The notes beneath the pieces were generated by a model. The model saw only the letters and a list, made by a program, of their open reading frames with translations. It did no database searches and was not told the DNA's origin. A stretch of DNA of 64,000 nt, taken from positions 10,039 through 74,038 of the forward strand of contig JAXMCO010000007.1 of the NCBI GenBank assembly GCA_046349335.1, read 5' to 3'. This DNA comes from Reyranellaceae bacterium. GTDB taxonomy: Bacteria; Pseudomonadota; Alphaproteobacteria; Reyranellales; Reyranellaceae. Shown here piece after piece: positions 49,952-60,281 of this stretch (the stretch's first letter is position 1; each line of letters begins with the position of its first letter). The position numbers were made by a program, and so were the translations under genes.

Positions 49952-50814
49952 GCGAACGCATCCCTTTCACCGTCATCGGCGGCTTCCTGGGCGCCGGCAA
50001 GACCACGTTGCTCAACCGTCTGCTGCGCGGCGCCACTGGGCGGCGCTTCGCCGTGATGGTGAACGATTTCGGCGCCTTGGACATCGACGGCCGGCTGGTC
50101 GCCGATCACGCCGGCGACACGATTGCGCTCGCCAATGGCTGCCTATGTTGCACCATCGGCGACTCCCTCGTGACGACGCTGCTCGGATTGCTCGACGGCG
50201 AGCGGCGCTTCGATCACATCGTCGTCGAGGCTTCGGGCGTGGCCGATCCCGGCCGCATCGCCGACCTCGCCGTGCTCGAGCCGCGCCTGCAGCGGGACGG
50301 CGTGATCGTGATGGTCGATGCCGGCGAGGTGCGCCAGCGTGCCGCCGACCGCCGTGTCGGCGATACCATCACCCGTCAGCTCGCGGCTGCCGACCTGCTG
50401 GTGCTGAACAAGACCGACCTCGCCGTCGATCGCGCGGCCTTGCGCGGCTGGCTCGCGGCGCACGCGTCGGCGCCGGTGCTCGAAGCGCAACATGCCGATG
50501 TGCCGATCGATCTGCTGTTCGGGTTGGAGCGCCGCGGGGCGTCGCTCGCCGACGCGCCGACCGATGGTTTCGCGAGCTGGTCCTACGAATGGCCCGGTAT
50601 GGTCGAACGCGAGGGCGTTCTCGCTCTGCTCCGCGACGCGAGGGGGGTGTTGCGTGCCAAGGGGATACTGCGCTTTGCCGACGCGCCTGACCGCCGCACG
50701 ATCATGCACGGGGTCGGAAGCCGGCTCGAGTTCAGCGATGGCGGTCCGTGGTGCGATGGGACGATGTCGCGCCTGGTGCTTCTGGGGCTCAAGCCCATGC
50801 TAGGGTCAGCCTGA
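49948..50814 (+). CDS. COG0523/CobW-family GTPase metallochaperone
   Basis: GGFLGAGKTT, NGCLCC, EASGVADP, LNKTD, LRAKG; GTGA overlap. Confidence 0.93.
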   Translation: MSERIPFTVIGGFLGAGKTTLLNRLLRGATGRRFAVMVNDFGALDIDGRLVADHAGDTIALANGCLCCTIGDSLVTTLLGLLDGERRFDHIVVEASGVADPGRIADLAVLEPRLQRDGVIVMVDAGEVRQRAADRRVGDTITRQLAAADLLVLNKTDLAVDRAALRGWLAAHASAPVLEAQHADVPIDLLFGLERRGASLADAPTDGFASWSYEWPGMVEREGVLALLRDARGVLRAKGILRFADAPDRRTIMHGVGSRLEFSDGGPWCDGTMSRLVLLGLKPMLGSA

Positions 50815-50829
50815 AGCGAGGAGCGTCGC

Positions 50830-51645
50830 ATGGCTGGCAGGTTGAAGGACAAGGTGGCGATCGTGGTCGGGGCAGGATCGATCGGGCCGGGCTGGGGCAA
50901 CGGCAAGTGCACGGCCGTCACCTTCGCCCGTGAGGGAGCCAAGGTTTTCTGCGTCGATCGCAAGCGCGCCGCTGCGGAAGAGACGGTTGGCCTGATCGCC
51001 AAGGAAGGCGGCGATGCCGTTGCCTTCGAGGCCGACGCGTCGAGGAACGACAATGTCGCGGCGATGGTCGAGGCCTGCCTGGCCAAATGGGGCCGCATCG
51101 ACGTGCTCGACAACAATGTCGGCATTGCCTTGACCGGCGGACCGGTCGACCTCAGCGAGGACGACTGGCAGCAGGTATTCGACGTCAACGTGAAGAGCTT
51201 CTTCCTGACCGCCAAGCACGTGCTGCCGGTCATGGAGAAGCAGGGTAAAGGTGCCATCGTGAACGTGAGCTCGATCGCCTCGATCCGTAGTCCGAGAGGC
51301 ATATCGTACGTCGCCTACAATGCCAGCAAGGGGGCGGTGAACTCGCTGACGCTCGCCATCGCTTCGCAGTACGCCGACAAGGGGATCCGCTGCAACGCCA
51401 TCCTGCCCGGCCTGATGCATACGCCGACGATCGACTCTCTCGCCGAGCAATACGCCCGGGGCGAGAAGGATCACAACCAAGCCTACGACAAGATGATCGC
51501 TATCCGCCATCGTACATCGCCGACCGGCAAGATGGGCACCGGCTGGGATACTGCCAATGCCGCGCTCTACCTCGCGTCGGACGAGGCGGCCTATGTCAAC
51601 GGCCACCTGCTGGTGGTCGATGGCGGGCTCACCGTTCGCGCCTGA
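50830..51645 (+). CDS. Short-chain dehydrogenase/reductase
   Basis: GAGSIGPGWGNG, NNVG, YNASKG. Confidence 0.92.
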   Translation: MAGRLKDKVAIVVGAGSIGPGWGNGKCTAVTFAREGAKVFCVDRKRAAAEETVGLIAKEGGDAVAFEADASRNDNVAAMVEACLAKWGRIDVLDNNVGIALTGGPVDLSEDDWQQVFDVNVKSFFLTAKHVLPVMEKQGKGAIVNVSSIASIRSPRGISYVAYNASKGAVNSLTLAIASQYADKGIRCNAILPGLMHTPTIDSLAEQYARGEKDHNQAYDKMIAIRHRTSPTGKMGTGWDTANAALYLASDEAAYVNGHLLVVDGGLTVRA

Positions 51646-52717
51646 GCCCGAAGCGGAAGATGAATGGTCCGGTCAGGATGATGAGGAACAGTCGGAAGAG
51701 GTGATGGGTCGCCACCATGGCGATCTCCACACCCAAGGCGAGGCCGATCAGGCTCATCTCGGCGAACCCGCCCGGCGCGTAGCTCAGCACCGTGGCATCG
51801 AGGTTGAGGCCGGTCAGCGCGACGGTGATCTTGGCGAACACGACGGCGCAGACGATCAGGATGAGCGCGGCGCCGATCGAGGCCGCCATCTCCTTGTGCA
51901 AGCGATCAATCGCGGCACCGACGAAGCGGCAGCCGATGGCGGTGCCCATGACGATCTGGGCCGCCGCCACCAGCTCGCCGGGCGGCTTGGAATCGGTGAC
52001 GCCGGAGAGATGGACGACGGCGCTGAGGATCATCGGCCCCATCATGAAGCTCGCCGGCAGGCGCAGCAGCCGGCCGAGGGCGGCGCCGGCGATGCCGCAG
52101 GCCGCGAGGATGGCGTAATCCTTCCAGTCGTAACTGGAGGGGCCGTGCGTCATGGCGAGCACGCTGGTTTGCGCGCCGTTCACCAACCGGTACCAGACCG
52201 GGATGGTGAGCACGACGGTCAGGATGCGCAGCGCGTGCGCAAGCGCGATGGCGCGCTCCTCGCCGCCCATGGCACCCCCCATGATGGTCATGTCGTTCAG
52301 GCCGCCCGGCATGGCGGCGAAATAGCAGGTCGGCTTGTCCCAGTTGGTGAAGCGGCGGAACCAGAGATAGCTGATCGTGGCACCGGTCACGGTCATGCCG
52401 GTGAGCACGCACAGGCTCACCGCCCATTGGCCGAGCCGCTGCACGAGGTCGGGCGTGAAGCCGGCTCCCAGCAGCACGCCCATGATGATGATCATGCCCT
52501 GGCGCAGACGAACGCGCATGCCGATGCGCAGGCCGGAAAAGGCGGCGATCGTCGAGAACACGCAGGCGCCCAGCATCCAGGCGAGCGGCATGCGCAGGTA
52601 GTCGAAGACAAAGCCGCCGATCGTGCCGATCATCAAGGCGAGGAGAAGCGGCTTCAGACCCTCGTGGCCGATGATGCGCTTCTTCTCGGGCTTGAAAGGA
52701 AGCGGCCGGTTACTCAA
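51629..52717 (-). CDS. AbrB-family membrane protein (second paralog)
   Basis: [29 protein letters not shown]; TTG start overlapping the nadK stop. Confidence 0.88.
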   Translation of the reverse strand: MSNRPLPFKPEKKRIIGHEGLKPLLLALMIGTIGGFVFDYLRMPLAWMLGACVFSTIAAFSGLRIGMRVRLRQGMIIIMGVLLGAGFTPDLVQRLGQWAVSLCVLTGMTVTGATISYLWFRRFTNWDKPTCYFAAMPGGLNDMTIMGGAMGGEERAIALAHALRILTVVLTIPVWYRLVNGAQTSVLAMTHGPSSYDWKDYAILAACGIAGAALGRLLRLPASFMMGPMILSAVVHLSGVTDSKPPGELVAAAQIVMGTAIGCRFVGAAIDRLHKEMAASIGAALILIVCAVVFAKITVALTGLNLDATVLSYAPGGFAEMSLIGLALGVEIAMVATHHLFRLFLIILTGPFIFRFGLRRER

Positions 52718-53496
52718 GGATCGAACTGCTCCTTGAGAATGCGCTCCTCGAGGTCGTGCTCGGGATCGAACAGCAGGGTGAGCGCAATGTCGGTCGCCTC
52801 GGTCACGGTGACCTTCACGACATTTGCGATCTCCACCGAGTCGGCGGCGGCGGCCACGGGGCGCTTGCTGGGATCGAGCACGGTGAGCTCGACCTCGGTG
52901 CGCCGCGGCAACAGGGCACCGCGCCAGCGGCGCGGCCGGAAGGCGTTGATCGGCGTGAGCGCGAGCAACCCGGCGCCGAGCGGCAGGATGGGTCCGTGAG
53001 CGGACAGGTTGTAGGCGGTCGAGCCGGCCGGCGTCGCCACCAGGATGCCGTCGCAATAGAGGTCGGGCAGCCGGACGCGGCCGTCGACCGCCACGGCGAT
53101 GCGGGCTGTCTGGCGGCTCGAGCGCAGCAGCGACACCTCGTTGATGGCGATGGCGTCGACAGTCTTGCCACGGTTGTTGGTCGCCACCATGCGCAGCGGC
53201 GCCAGCGTGACCTGTCGGGCCTTCTTGAGGCGCTGCAGCAGGCCGGCCTCCTTGAAGGTATTGAGAAGGAAGCCGACCGTGCCGAGATTCATGCCGTAGA
53301 TCGGCGTCCGCCGATTCATGTTGCGGTGCAAGGTTTGCAGCATCAGGCCGTCGCCACCCAATGCCACGATGACGTCGGCTTCGGCCTGCCCGACCGCACC
53401 AAAGCGCTTGGCCAGTCGATCGCGTGCAGCCCGCGCGGTCGGTGTCGCGGCGCAAACGAATGCGAGGCGGGGAGAGGTCGAGGAGGAGGGTGCCAT
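52714..53496 (-). CDS. nadK: NAD kinase
   Basis: [35 protein letters not shown]. Confidence 0.96.
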   Translation of the reverse strand: MAPSSSTSPRLAFVCAATPTARAARDRLAKRFGAVGQAEADVIVALGGDGLMLQTLHRNMNRRTPIYGMNLGTVGFLLNTFKEAGLLQRLKKARQVTLAPLRMVATNNRGKTVDAIAINEVSLLRSSRQTARIAVAVDGRVRLPDLYCDGILVATPAGSTAYNLSAHGPILPLGAGLLALTPINAFRPRRWRGALLPRRTEVELTVLDPSKRPVAAAADSVEIANVVKVTVTEATDIALTLLFDPEHDLEERILKEQFDP

Positions 53497-53595
53497 CGGG
53501 ATGTCTGCAATGCCATCGATGCAAGAGTCGTACTATAGTGGCCAGTTGTCGCGCGGCGATAGAATGGCGATGGAACAAGCGTGGGGAGGATCGCG

Positions 53596-54474
53596 ATGGA
53601 ACTGGTTCCGCTGGGCCTTGGATTCGGGGTCGAGGTGAGGGGTGTGAGCATGGTCGACGTCGCGACCGATGCGGAGGCCTACAAGGCCGTGCGCGCCGCC
53701 TTCGAGACCCATTCCCTGCTGGTGTTCCGCGAACAGGAGATCGCCGACGACATCCAGGTCGCCTTCAGCCGCGCCTTCGGCCCCTTGGAGCTCACCAAGG
53801 TGGCGTCGCTCGGCGCCAACAGCTTCTATTCGCGTCTGACTAATATCGGCGAGAAGGGCGAGATCGTGCCGCCCGACCATCGCCAGGTGCTGATCGCCCA
53901 GGCTAATGCACTGTGGCACACCGACTCCTCGTTCAAGAAGACCCCGGCGCTCGCGTCCGTGCTGACCGCCCGCGTGCTGCCCGGCACCGATGGCGATACC
54001 GAATTCACCTCGACGCGGCTGGCTTGGGACCGCCTGCCCGCCGACCTGCAGGCCAGGCTGAAGGACGCGGTAGCGACCCATTCCTACGCCAACAGCCGCG
54101 ACCAGATTCACCCCGACCTCGCCAATGCCGAGGAGCGCAAGGCGCTGCCGCCGGTGCGCTGGCGTCTCAACTGGCGAAATCCGGCCAACGACCGGCGTGC
54201 GCTCTATGTCGCCAGCCACGCTTATGCGATCGACGGCATGGACGATCGCGATGCCGGGCAGTTGCTCGCCCAACTGCTCGACGAGGCAACGCGGCGCGAG
54301 TTCGTTTACGTCCACAAATGGCGCCCGGGCGACGCCGTGATGTGGGACAACCGCGCCATGCTCCATCGCGGCCGTCCGTGGGACTACACCAAGGAACGGT
54401 CGATGATTCGCACGACCATCTCGGCCACCGATGCCGACGGCCTGAACGAGGTCAAGCCGCCGGTGCTGCACTAA
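53596..54474 (+). CDS. TauD/TfdA-family Fe(II)/2-oxoglutarate dioxygenase
   Basis: WHTDSSF, TEF, WDNRAMLHRG; GGAGG RBS. Confidence 0.93.
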   Translation: MELVPLGLGFGVEVRGVSMVDVATDAEAYKAVRAAFETHSLLVFREQEIADDIQVAFSRAFGPLELTKVASLGANSFYSRLTNIGEKGEIVPPDHRQVLIAQANALWHTDSSFKKTPALASVLTARVLPGTDGDTEFTSTRLAWDRLPADLQARLKDAVATHSYANSRDQIHPDLANAEERKALPPVRWRLNWRNPANDRRALYVASHAYAIDGMDDRDAGQLLAQLLDEATRREFVYVHKWRPGDAVMWDNRAMLHRGRPWDYTKERSMIRTTISATDADGLNEVKPPVLH

Positions 54475-54581
54475 GTTCGTCTCCTCAGCTCTGCCGGGGA
54501 GCACGAACGGCTGCACCGAGAAGTCGCGAACGCCGTAGGTTTCTCGCCGTCCGTCGTTGCCGGCGGCCGGCGCCGGGCCGG

Positions 54582-56393
54582 TTATTCCGCGGCTTCCAGG
54601 CGTTGGATATTGTTGGCGGCAGCCACCTTGGCGCGAGCCAAATCCTCGCCGCGGCGCTTGCTGAGCGCCGCTTCGCCGCCCGCCGTGTCGGCGAACAGGG
54701 CAAGCTTGTCGAGGTCTTCCTCGATCACCGGCGAGAGGGCGAGATCCATGTACTCGTGGCGCTTGGGGTCGAATTTGACCTTCTGACCGATGCGCCAGCC
54801 CTGCCAGGCCAGCCGGCCGTAGATCTTGAGCTTCTTCCAGGATTCGAGTGCCAGCTTCCAGTGGAACACACCCACCGGCTCGATCGGCATGCCGTAGCGC
54901 CGGTCGCGGCGATACTTCATGCGGACGATGCCGCCTTCCAGCGGATGGACGCCTTCGGCTTCGAACATGATCTTGAACATGGTCATGAACTGGGCGGGCT
55001 CTGCTGGATTGCGGCCGGGGATCGACCCATGCCGGCGGGCCACGGTCTCGATGTGCTCCGGGGTGTAGTAGGACCGCCAGGCGTCGCGATAGGTCTGCTC
55101 GTACTCGGCATCGCTCATCTTCGGGTGATGGACGACGCGATGATGCAGGTCGTACTTATTGAGGTCGGGATCCATCCACACGCCCTGCTTCCAGAGCTTC
55201 TGATGATCCTCCGAGCCGGGCAGCGGCGTGAGCATGAACAGCTCGAGGATGTCGAGCGGCAGCTCCTTCTTGATGATCTCCATGTCGCGCAGGATCGATT
55301 CGCGCGTGTCACCGGGGAAGCCGAGGATGTAACCGGCCCAGGTCGAGGCACCGCTCGTGTGCCAAGCCTGCAGCATCTTGCGATATTCGGTGATCTTGTT
55401 CTGGCGCTTCTTGGCCGCCAGCAGGTTGTCCGGGTTGACGTTTTCCAGCCCGATGAACACTCGGTAGACGCCGGCCCAGCGCGCCTTCTCGATGAAGCGC
55501 GGAATGCGATGGCATTGGGTGTCGACCTGAATAATCAGGGAGACCGCGATGCCCTCGTTTTCCTTGAGCTCGATCAGCCGGTCGAAGAAGTCTTCCCAAT
55601 GCTTGTTGCGGGCCATGTTGTCGTCGGTGATGAAGAACGACGTGATGCCCTGCTTGTAGTTCTCGCGGACGATGTCCTCGAGGTCGTCGGCATTGCGGAA
55701 GCGGCTCTTGCGGCCCTGGACGTTGATGATGGTGCAGAATGAGCACTGGAAGGGGCAGCCGCGGCCGAGGTCGAAGCTCGACTTGCGGCCCTCGTTGCGC
55801 GCCAAGGCGGCGGGCGGCAGGCGCGGCGTCGGCGCGCGCTCGATGCCCGGCAGGTCGTCCATGTAATTGTAAAGCGGCTTCAGGGTGCCGTTCCAGGCGT
55901 GCTGGAGAATCTCGTCGAGTCGACCTTCCTCGGCCTCGCCAGCGAAGATCGAGACGCCCATGTCCATGGCCGCCTGGATCTCGGGCGGCACGACCGGCAG
56001 CATCGACAGGCAGCCGGCGGCGTGAAAGCCGCCCATGGCTACCGGCAGACCGGCTGCAATGAATTGGCGGGCGAGGTCCACCGCGCGGGGAAACTGGTTA
56101 GACTGGACGCCGACCAGGCAGATCAGGGCCTTGCCGCCGCTGCGTCTGACGTCGGCGATTATCTTGTCGGGCCTTACCCGAGTATTGGTCTCATCGTATG
56201 GCCTGAGGACGAAATCGACATCCGGCCCGAGCACCTGGCGGGCGCGGCAATCCTCGGCCAGCCCGTAGAGGGCGGCCAGCGTGTTCGACGGGATGTGGGA
56301 GCGCAGCCAAGTAATGGGATAACCGTCGTCGTCGTAATGCGTCGGCTTGATCATCACCAATTGAAAGGTGGTCTTCGTCACGGCACCGTCCAT
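54582..56393 (-). CDS. B12-binding-domain radical SAM protein
   Basis: RGCPFQCSFC, FITDDN, FIGLE, YILGFPGDT, TPLPGS; N-terminal GGFH..GEAE region. Confidence 0.9.
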   Translation of the reverse strand: MDGAVTKTTFQLVMIKPTHYDDDGYPITWLRSHIPSNTLAALYGLAEDCRARQVLGPDVDFVLRPYDETNTRVRPDKIIADVRRSGGKALICLVGVQSNQFPRAVDLARQFIAAGLPVAMGGFHAAGCLSMLPVVPPEIQAAMDMGVSIFAGEAEEGRLDEILQHAWNGTLKPLYNYMDDLPGIERAPTPRLPPAALARNEGRKSSFDLGRGCPFQCSFCTIINVQGRKSRFRNADDLEDIVRENYKQGITSFFITDDNMARNKHWEDFFDRLIELKENEGIAVSLIIQVDTQCHRIPRFIEKARWAGVYRVFIGLENVNPDNLLAAKKRQNKITEYRKMLQAWHTSGASTWAGYILGFPGDTRESILRDMEIIKKELPLDILELFMLTPLPGSEDHQKLWKQGVWMDPDLNKYDLHHRVVHHPKMSDAEYEQTYRDAWRSYYTPEHIETVARRHGSIPGRNPAEPAQFMTMFKIMFEAEGVHPLEGGIVRMKYRRDRRYGMPIEPVGVFHWKLALESWKKLKIYGRLAWQGWRIGQKVKFDPKRHEYMDLALSPVIEEDLDKLALFADTAGGEAALSKRRGEDLARAKVAAANNIQRLEAAE

Positions 56394-56695
56394 TGCGGAT
56401 GACTCCAAAGCGAACAACCCGCGTGCGGTCCGGTCGTATGCATCTCACCGCTTAAGGGCATCCCAAAATTCACAATGCTCTGAGAGAGCCTGCAACGCAA
56501 CTGCAAGCGGCGCACAATCGAAACCGAATATGCCCATAGGACCTACTCGCCGTAGGGCTATGGGGCGAAGAGCCCCGCAATTCCTGGGGGCGGGGCATGA
56601 ACAAGAGATAATTGCAGTCTACGCCGTTCGCGCGCACCGTATGCGCGGCCCCGAGGCGCTGCCCAAAGACGTCCGGGGGAGGAACGAACAAGACC

Positions 56696-57946
56696 TTGAG
56701 CCTCATCACGCGCGTACCGGCGCTGGCACCGTTCAAGGTCTCCAGCTTCCGTTTCCAATGGCCGGCCGACCTGCTCGCCTCCTGGGCTTTCGAGATGGAG
56801 GGCGTGATCCTCGGCTGGTTCGTGCTGGTGTCGACTGGCTCGGTGCTGGCCCTGGCGGTGTTCGGCTCCCTGCAATTCCTGGGGACGTTGATCTCGCCGC
56901 TGTTCGGAATGGCCGGCGATCGCATTGGCAACCGCAACCTTCTTTGCCTCATGCGGGCGAGCTACGCGCTGATAGCGGGGCTCCTGATGCTGCTGTTCTT
57001 GTCGGACCTGGCCGCACCCGTACCGGTATTCGTGCTGGCCACGCTCATGGGGCTGGTCAGACCTTCCGACATCACCCTGCGTAACCTGCTGGTCGGCGAA
57101 ACCATGCCGACGGACTACTTGATGAGGGCCATGGGCGTATCGCGTACGACCGCCGACTCGGCGCGCATCATCGGCGCGCTGTCCGGGGCGGGACTCGTCG
57201 CTGCCTTGGGGTCCGGCCTGGCCTATGTCGTGGTTTGCGCCACCTATCTGGTGAGTCTCGCCTTGACGCTCAATGTCGGGATTCGCCGTGTCAGGGTAGT
57301 GGGCGAGCAGACAACGCCGGTTTCGCCGCTCAAGGCGCTTGGACAGGCCTTTGCCTATGTCTGGTCGACGCCCGAAATGCGTGCGCTGATGCTGATGGCC
57401 TTTCTGGTCAATTTTGCCGCCTATCCTCTGGTCGGCTCGTTGCTGGCCTATGTCGCCAAGGACGTCTACGGGCTCGATCAGACGGGCCTGGGTTGGCTGA
57501 TCGCCTGCTTTGCCGCCGGGGCCCTGACAGGATCCGTTGCCATATCGATGCATGGCCCCCGCATCCGGGCGGGCCGGACGATGCTGGCCTGCGCGATCAT
57601 CTGGTTCGGCCTCAACCTGGCGTTCTCCTGGATCGAGGTCGCGCGGTGGGGCGAGATCGTCCTCTTCGTCGCCGGCCTCGCCCAGAGCTTCTGCATGATC
57701 CCGATGGCGGTGCTGCTGCTGCGGGTCGCGGACCCGGCGTTCCGCGGCCGTGTCATGGGCGTCCGCATGCTGGCAGTCTACGGCATGGCGATCGGTCTGC
57801 TGCTGTCCGGTCCCCTGGTCGAGCATGTCGGCTTCGCGCTCACGGGGACGATCTTCAGCCTGGTGGGCATCGTCTTCACGCTGCTGATTGCCGTGCGCTG
57901 GCGGCGCCATCTCTGGCATCGGTCGGCGACCGCGAACGACCGATAG
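56696..57946 (+). CDS. MFS transporter
   Basis: About 12 TM segments, GMAGDRIGNR, FRGRVMG; TTG start approximate. Confidence 0.88.
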   Translation: MSLITRVPALAPFKVSSFRFQWPADLLASWAFEMEGVILGWFVLVSTGSVLALAVFGSLQFLGTLISPLFGMAGDRIGNRNLLCLMRASYALIAGLLMLLFLSDLAAPVPVFVLATLMGLVRPSDITLRNLLVGETMPTDYLMRAMGVSRTTADSARIIGALSGAGLVAALGSGLAYVVVCATYLVSLALTLNVGIRRVRVVGEQTTPVSPLKALGQAFAYVWSTPEMRALMLMAFLVNFAAYPLVGSLLAYVAKDVYGLDQTGLGWLIACFAAGALTGSVAISMHGPRIRAGRTMLACAIIWFGLNLAFSWIEVARWGEIVLFVAGLAQSFCMIPMAVLLLRVADPAFRGRVMGVRMLAVYGMAIGLLLSGPLVEHVGFALTGTIFSLVGIVFTLLIAVRWRRHLWHRSATANDR

Positions 57947-57961
57947 GCCGGGAAATCCGGC

Positions 57962-57992
57962 GCCGCCGGGCCAAGCAAGCTTCGGCCCGGCG
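57962..57992. terminator. Hairpin between convergent MFS and sodB
   Basis: GCCGGGCC-AAGC-AA-GCTT-C-GGCCCGGC. Confidence 0.5.
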
Positions 57993-58014
57993 GGCTTTCG
58001 ACGCGGGGCTGCGA

Positions 58015-58605
58015 TCAGCCGAGGTTCTTTTCCGCAAACGACCAGTTGGCGAGCTTGTCGAGCCACGCCTGGATGTGGTCGGGCCGGCGATTCTGGAAGT
58101 CGAGATAGTAGGCGTGCTCCCACACGTCGGCGACCAGGAGCGGCTTGCGGCCGTGCGCCAGCGGCGTGTCGGCGTTCGCGGTCGTCTCGATCGCGAGCTT
58201 GCCGTTGCTTGCGACCACCCATGCCCAGCCGCTGCCGAACTGACCGACCGCGGCCGCCTTGAACGCCTTCTTGAAGTCGTCGAGGCTACCGAAGCTGTCT
58301 TCGACGGCCTTCTTCATCTTGCCTTCGGGCGTGCCGCCCGTGGGCGACATGCTGTTCCAGTAGAATTCGTGATTCCACGACTGGGCGGCGTTGTTGAAAA
58401 TTCCCTTGGCTTTGTCGTCCTTGGCCGACTTCTTGATGATGTCCTCCATCGACAGGTCGGCATAAGGGGTGCCGGCGATCAGGTTGTTGAGATTGTCGAT
58501 GTAGGCCTTGTGATGCTTGGCATAGTGGAACGAGAAGGTCTGGGCGGAGATGACGGGCGCAAGCGCATCCTCTGCGTACGGGAGCTTCGGAAGGGTGAAA
58601 GGCAT
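58015..58605 (-). CDS. sodB: Superoxide dismutase [Fe]
   Basis: HYAKHH, NNAAQSWNHEFYW, FGSGWAW, DVWEHAYY. Confidence 0.95.
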   Translation of the reverse strand: MPFTLPKLPYAEDALAPVISAQTFSFHYAKHHKAYIDNLNNLIAGTPYADLSMEDIIKKSAKDDKAKGIFNNAAQSWNHEFYWNSMSPTGGTPEGKMKKAVEDSFGSLDDFKKAFKAAAVGQFGSGWAWVVASNGKLAIETTANADTPLAHGRKPLLVADVWEHAYYLDFQNRRPDHIQAWLDKLANWSFAEKNLG

Positions 58606-58953
58606 AACCAAATTTCCTCGAGCTGGCCCGGCCGCGAGGCCAGGCGGGCAGTGGTGACAACAGAATGCCGCGCGCGCCAACGGTGCGGGCGCGCGCGACC
58701 AGCCAAGATTGGCAGAAATGAAGCCTCAAAGGGATACCTTCTTTCTGCTGCAGACGATGCCGCGCCGCGTGCCTTGCGAGCGCATCGAAGTTTCCGCGGT
58801 CGTCGGGAAATTGCCCAGTCCCCTGCTGTTCGACGAAAGACCCTACAATCGCTCGGACTTCTCGGTGAACGATCGTTGCACCCCGACTCTTCGGTTGCAT
58901 GCGCCTCGCCGCAGAGTATCTCTAGGCGACAGCGTATCGCGAGGAGGGGCGCC

Positions 58954-59439
58954 GTGAAGGGAAATCCACAGGTCATCGCCGAGCTGAACAAGCTCCTGAA
59001 GAACGAGCTTACCGCGATCAACCAGTACTTCTTGCATGCTCGAATGCTGAAGCACTGGGGCTTCGAGCGGCTGGGAAAGAAGATCTACGACGAGTCGATC
59101 GGCGAGATGAAGCACGCCGACAAGTTGATCCAGCGCATCCTGCTGCTCGACGGCCTGCCCAACCTCCAGGATCTGGGCAAGATCGCCGTCGGCGAGACCA
59201 CCGTCGAATGCCTGAAGGCAGATCTGAAGCTCGAGGATGCGGCGCGCACGGCGCTGGTCGCCGCCGTCACCCTTTGCGAAACGACCAAGGACTATGTCAG
59301 CCGCGAGATCGCCGTCGACATTCTCGAGGATGCCGAAGAGCATATCGACTTCCTCGAGACCGAACTTTCGCTGGTCGACAAGGTCGGCGAGCAGAACTAC
59401 CTGCAGACGCAGATCGGCGAAGGCAAGGAATCGAGCTAG
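58954..59439 (+). CDS. bfr: Bacterioferritin
   Basis: ELTAINQYFLHARM, EMKHAD, EEHID; GAGGAGG RBS, GTG start. Confidence 0.96.
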   Translation: MKGNPQVIAELNKLLKNELTAINQYFLHARMLKHWGFERLGKKIYDESIGEMKHADKLIQRILLLDGLPNLQDLGKIAVGETTVECLKADLKLEDAARTALVAAVTLCETTKDYVSREIAVDILEDAEEHIDFLETELSLVDKVGEQNYLQTQIGEGKESS

Positions 59440-59534
59440 CGCGTTGCCGGGAGCGCGTCCCTCCGGGGGGCGCTCTGTCGGCCGATCGCAATTCCTGTGA
59501 GCACCGCCGAAGGGGCGCGCTCTCGGCGGAAAGG

Positions 59535-59738
59535 CTAGTCGGCCGCCATCAGAGCCGGCTGATCGGTCTTCGCGCGGGCGGTCGTTTCTGCAATGCGCTC
59601 GCGCATGTCGCAGGCGCAGCTACCGCATTGGGCGCTCGTGCCGCAGGCGCGAAATACGTCTGCCGGCCTGCGGGCGCCAGCGCGAACCGCAGCGTCCACC
59701 TCGCGCTCCCGTATGGCCCGGCATATGCAGATGTACAT
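59535..59738 (-). CDS. bfd: Bacterioferritin-associated (2Fe-2S) ferredoxin
   Basis: MYICICRAI...QCGSC. Confidence 0.92.
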   Translation of the reverse strand: MYICICRAIREREVDAAVRAGARRPADVFRACGTSAQCGSCACDMRERIAETTARAKTDQPALMAAD

Positions 59739-59763
59739 CCTTGAGTGCCCGCCTATCTTGCAG

Positions 59764-59780
59764 ATGCGACTTACTCGCAT
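59764..59780. promoter_or_regulatory. Fur/Mur-type operator upstream of bfd
   Basis: Palindrome ATGCGA-CTTAC-TCGCAT, 25 nt before the bfd ATG. Confidence 0.7.
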
Positions 59781-59821
59781 AAACGAAAATTAGGCGTCCG
59801 AACTCGGTTGGTCAAGAGACC

Positions 59822-60256
59822 CTAGAACCCCGGAAGGGCATATTCCGCCAGCCTGGCTCGCAGCGCGGCATCGATGGGATGGGGTGTCTTGCCGCGCAGC
59901 CTGACCACGGTCATCTCGGCAGCGACGATGCACACATCGTCCTTGAAGGCGGCCGACCCGACCGTGATCGAGCTGGTGCCGATGCGCATCACGCCGGTAC
60001 CCAGCTCGACACGGCCGGGCCAGTGCGATTCGGCGAGGAAGCTCACCGTCATGCCAGCCGAGATCCCGCGCACGCCCTCTTCTCGCAGCCCCATGAGGCC
60101 CATGTCGCGCATGAAGGTGAGGCGGGCCGTCTCCATGTAAGCGCAAAGCGCCACATTGTTGACGTGGCCGGCGGCATCCTGGTCGGAAAATCGCACCGTG
60201 TCGGTGCACCAGTGCGGATAGATCGAGCGATCCTGGAGACGTTTGTCGCGGGACAT
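59822..60256 (-). CDS. Acyl-CoA thioesterase (4HBT hotdog fold)
   Basis: VRFSDQDAAGHVNN..Y.ETAR. Confidence 0.9.
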   Translation of the reverse strand: MSRDKRLQDRSIYPHWCTDTVRFSDQDAAGHVNNVALCAYMETARLTFMRDMGLMGLREEGVRGISAGMTVSFLAESHWPGRVELGTGVMRIGTSSITVGSAAFKDDVCIVAAEMTVVRLRGKTPHPIDAALRARLAEYALPGF

Positions 60257-60281
60257 CGGTGGAGTGTAGCATTTCGCCGCC

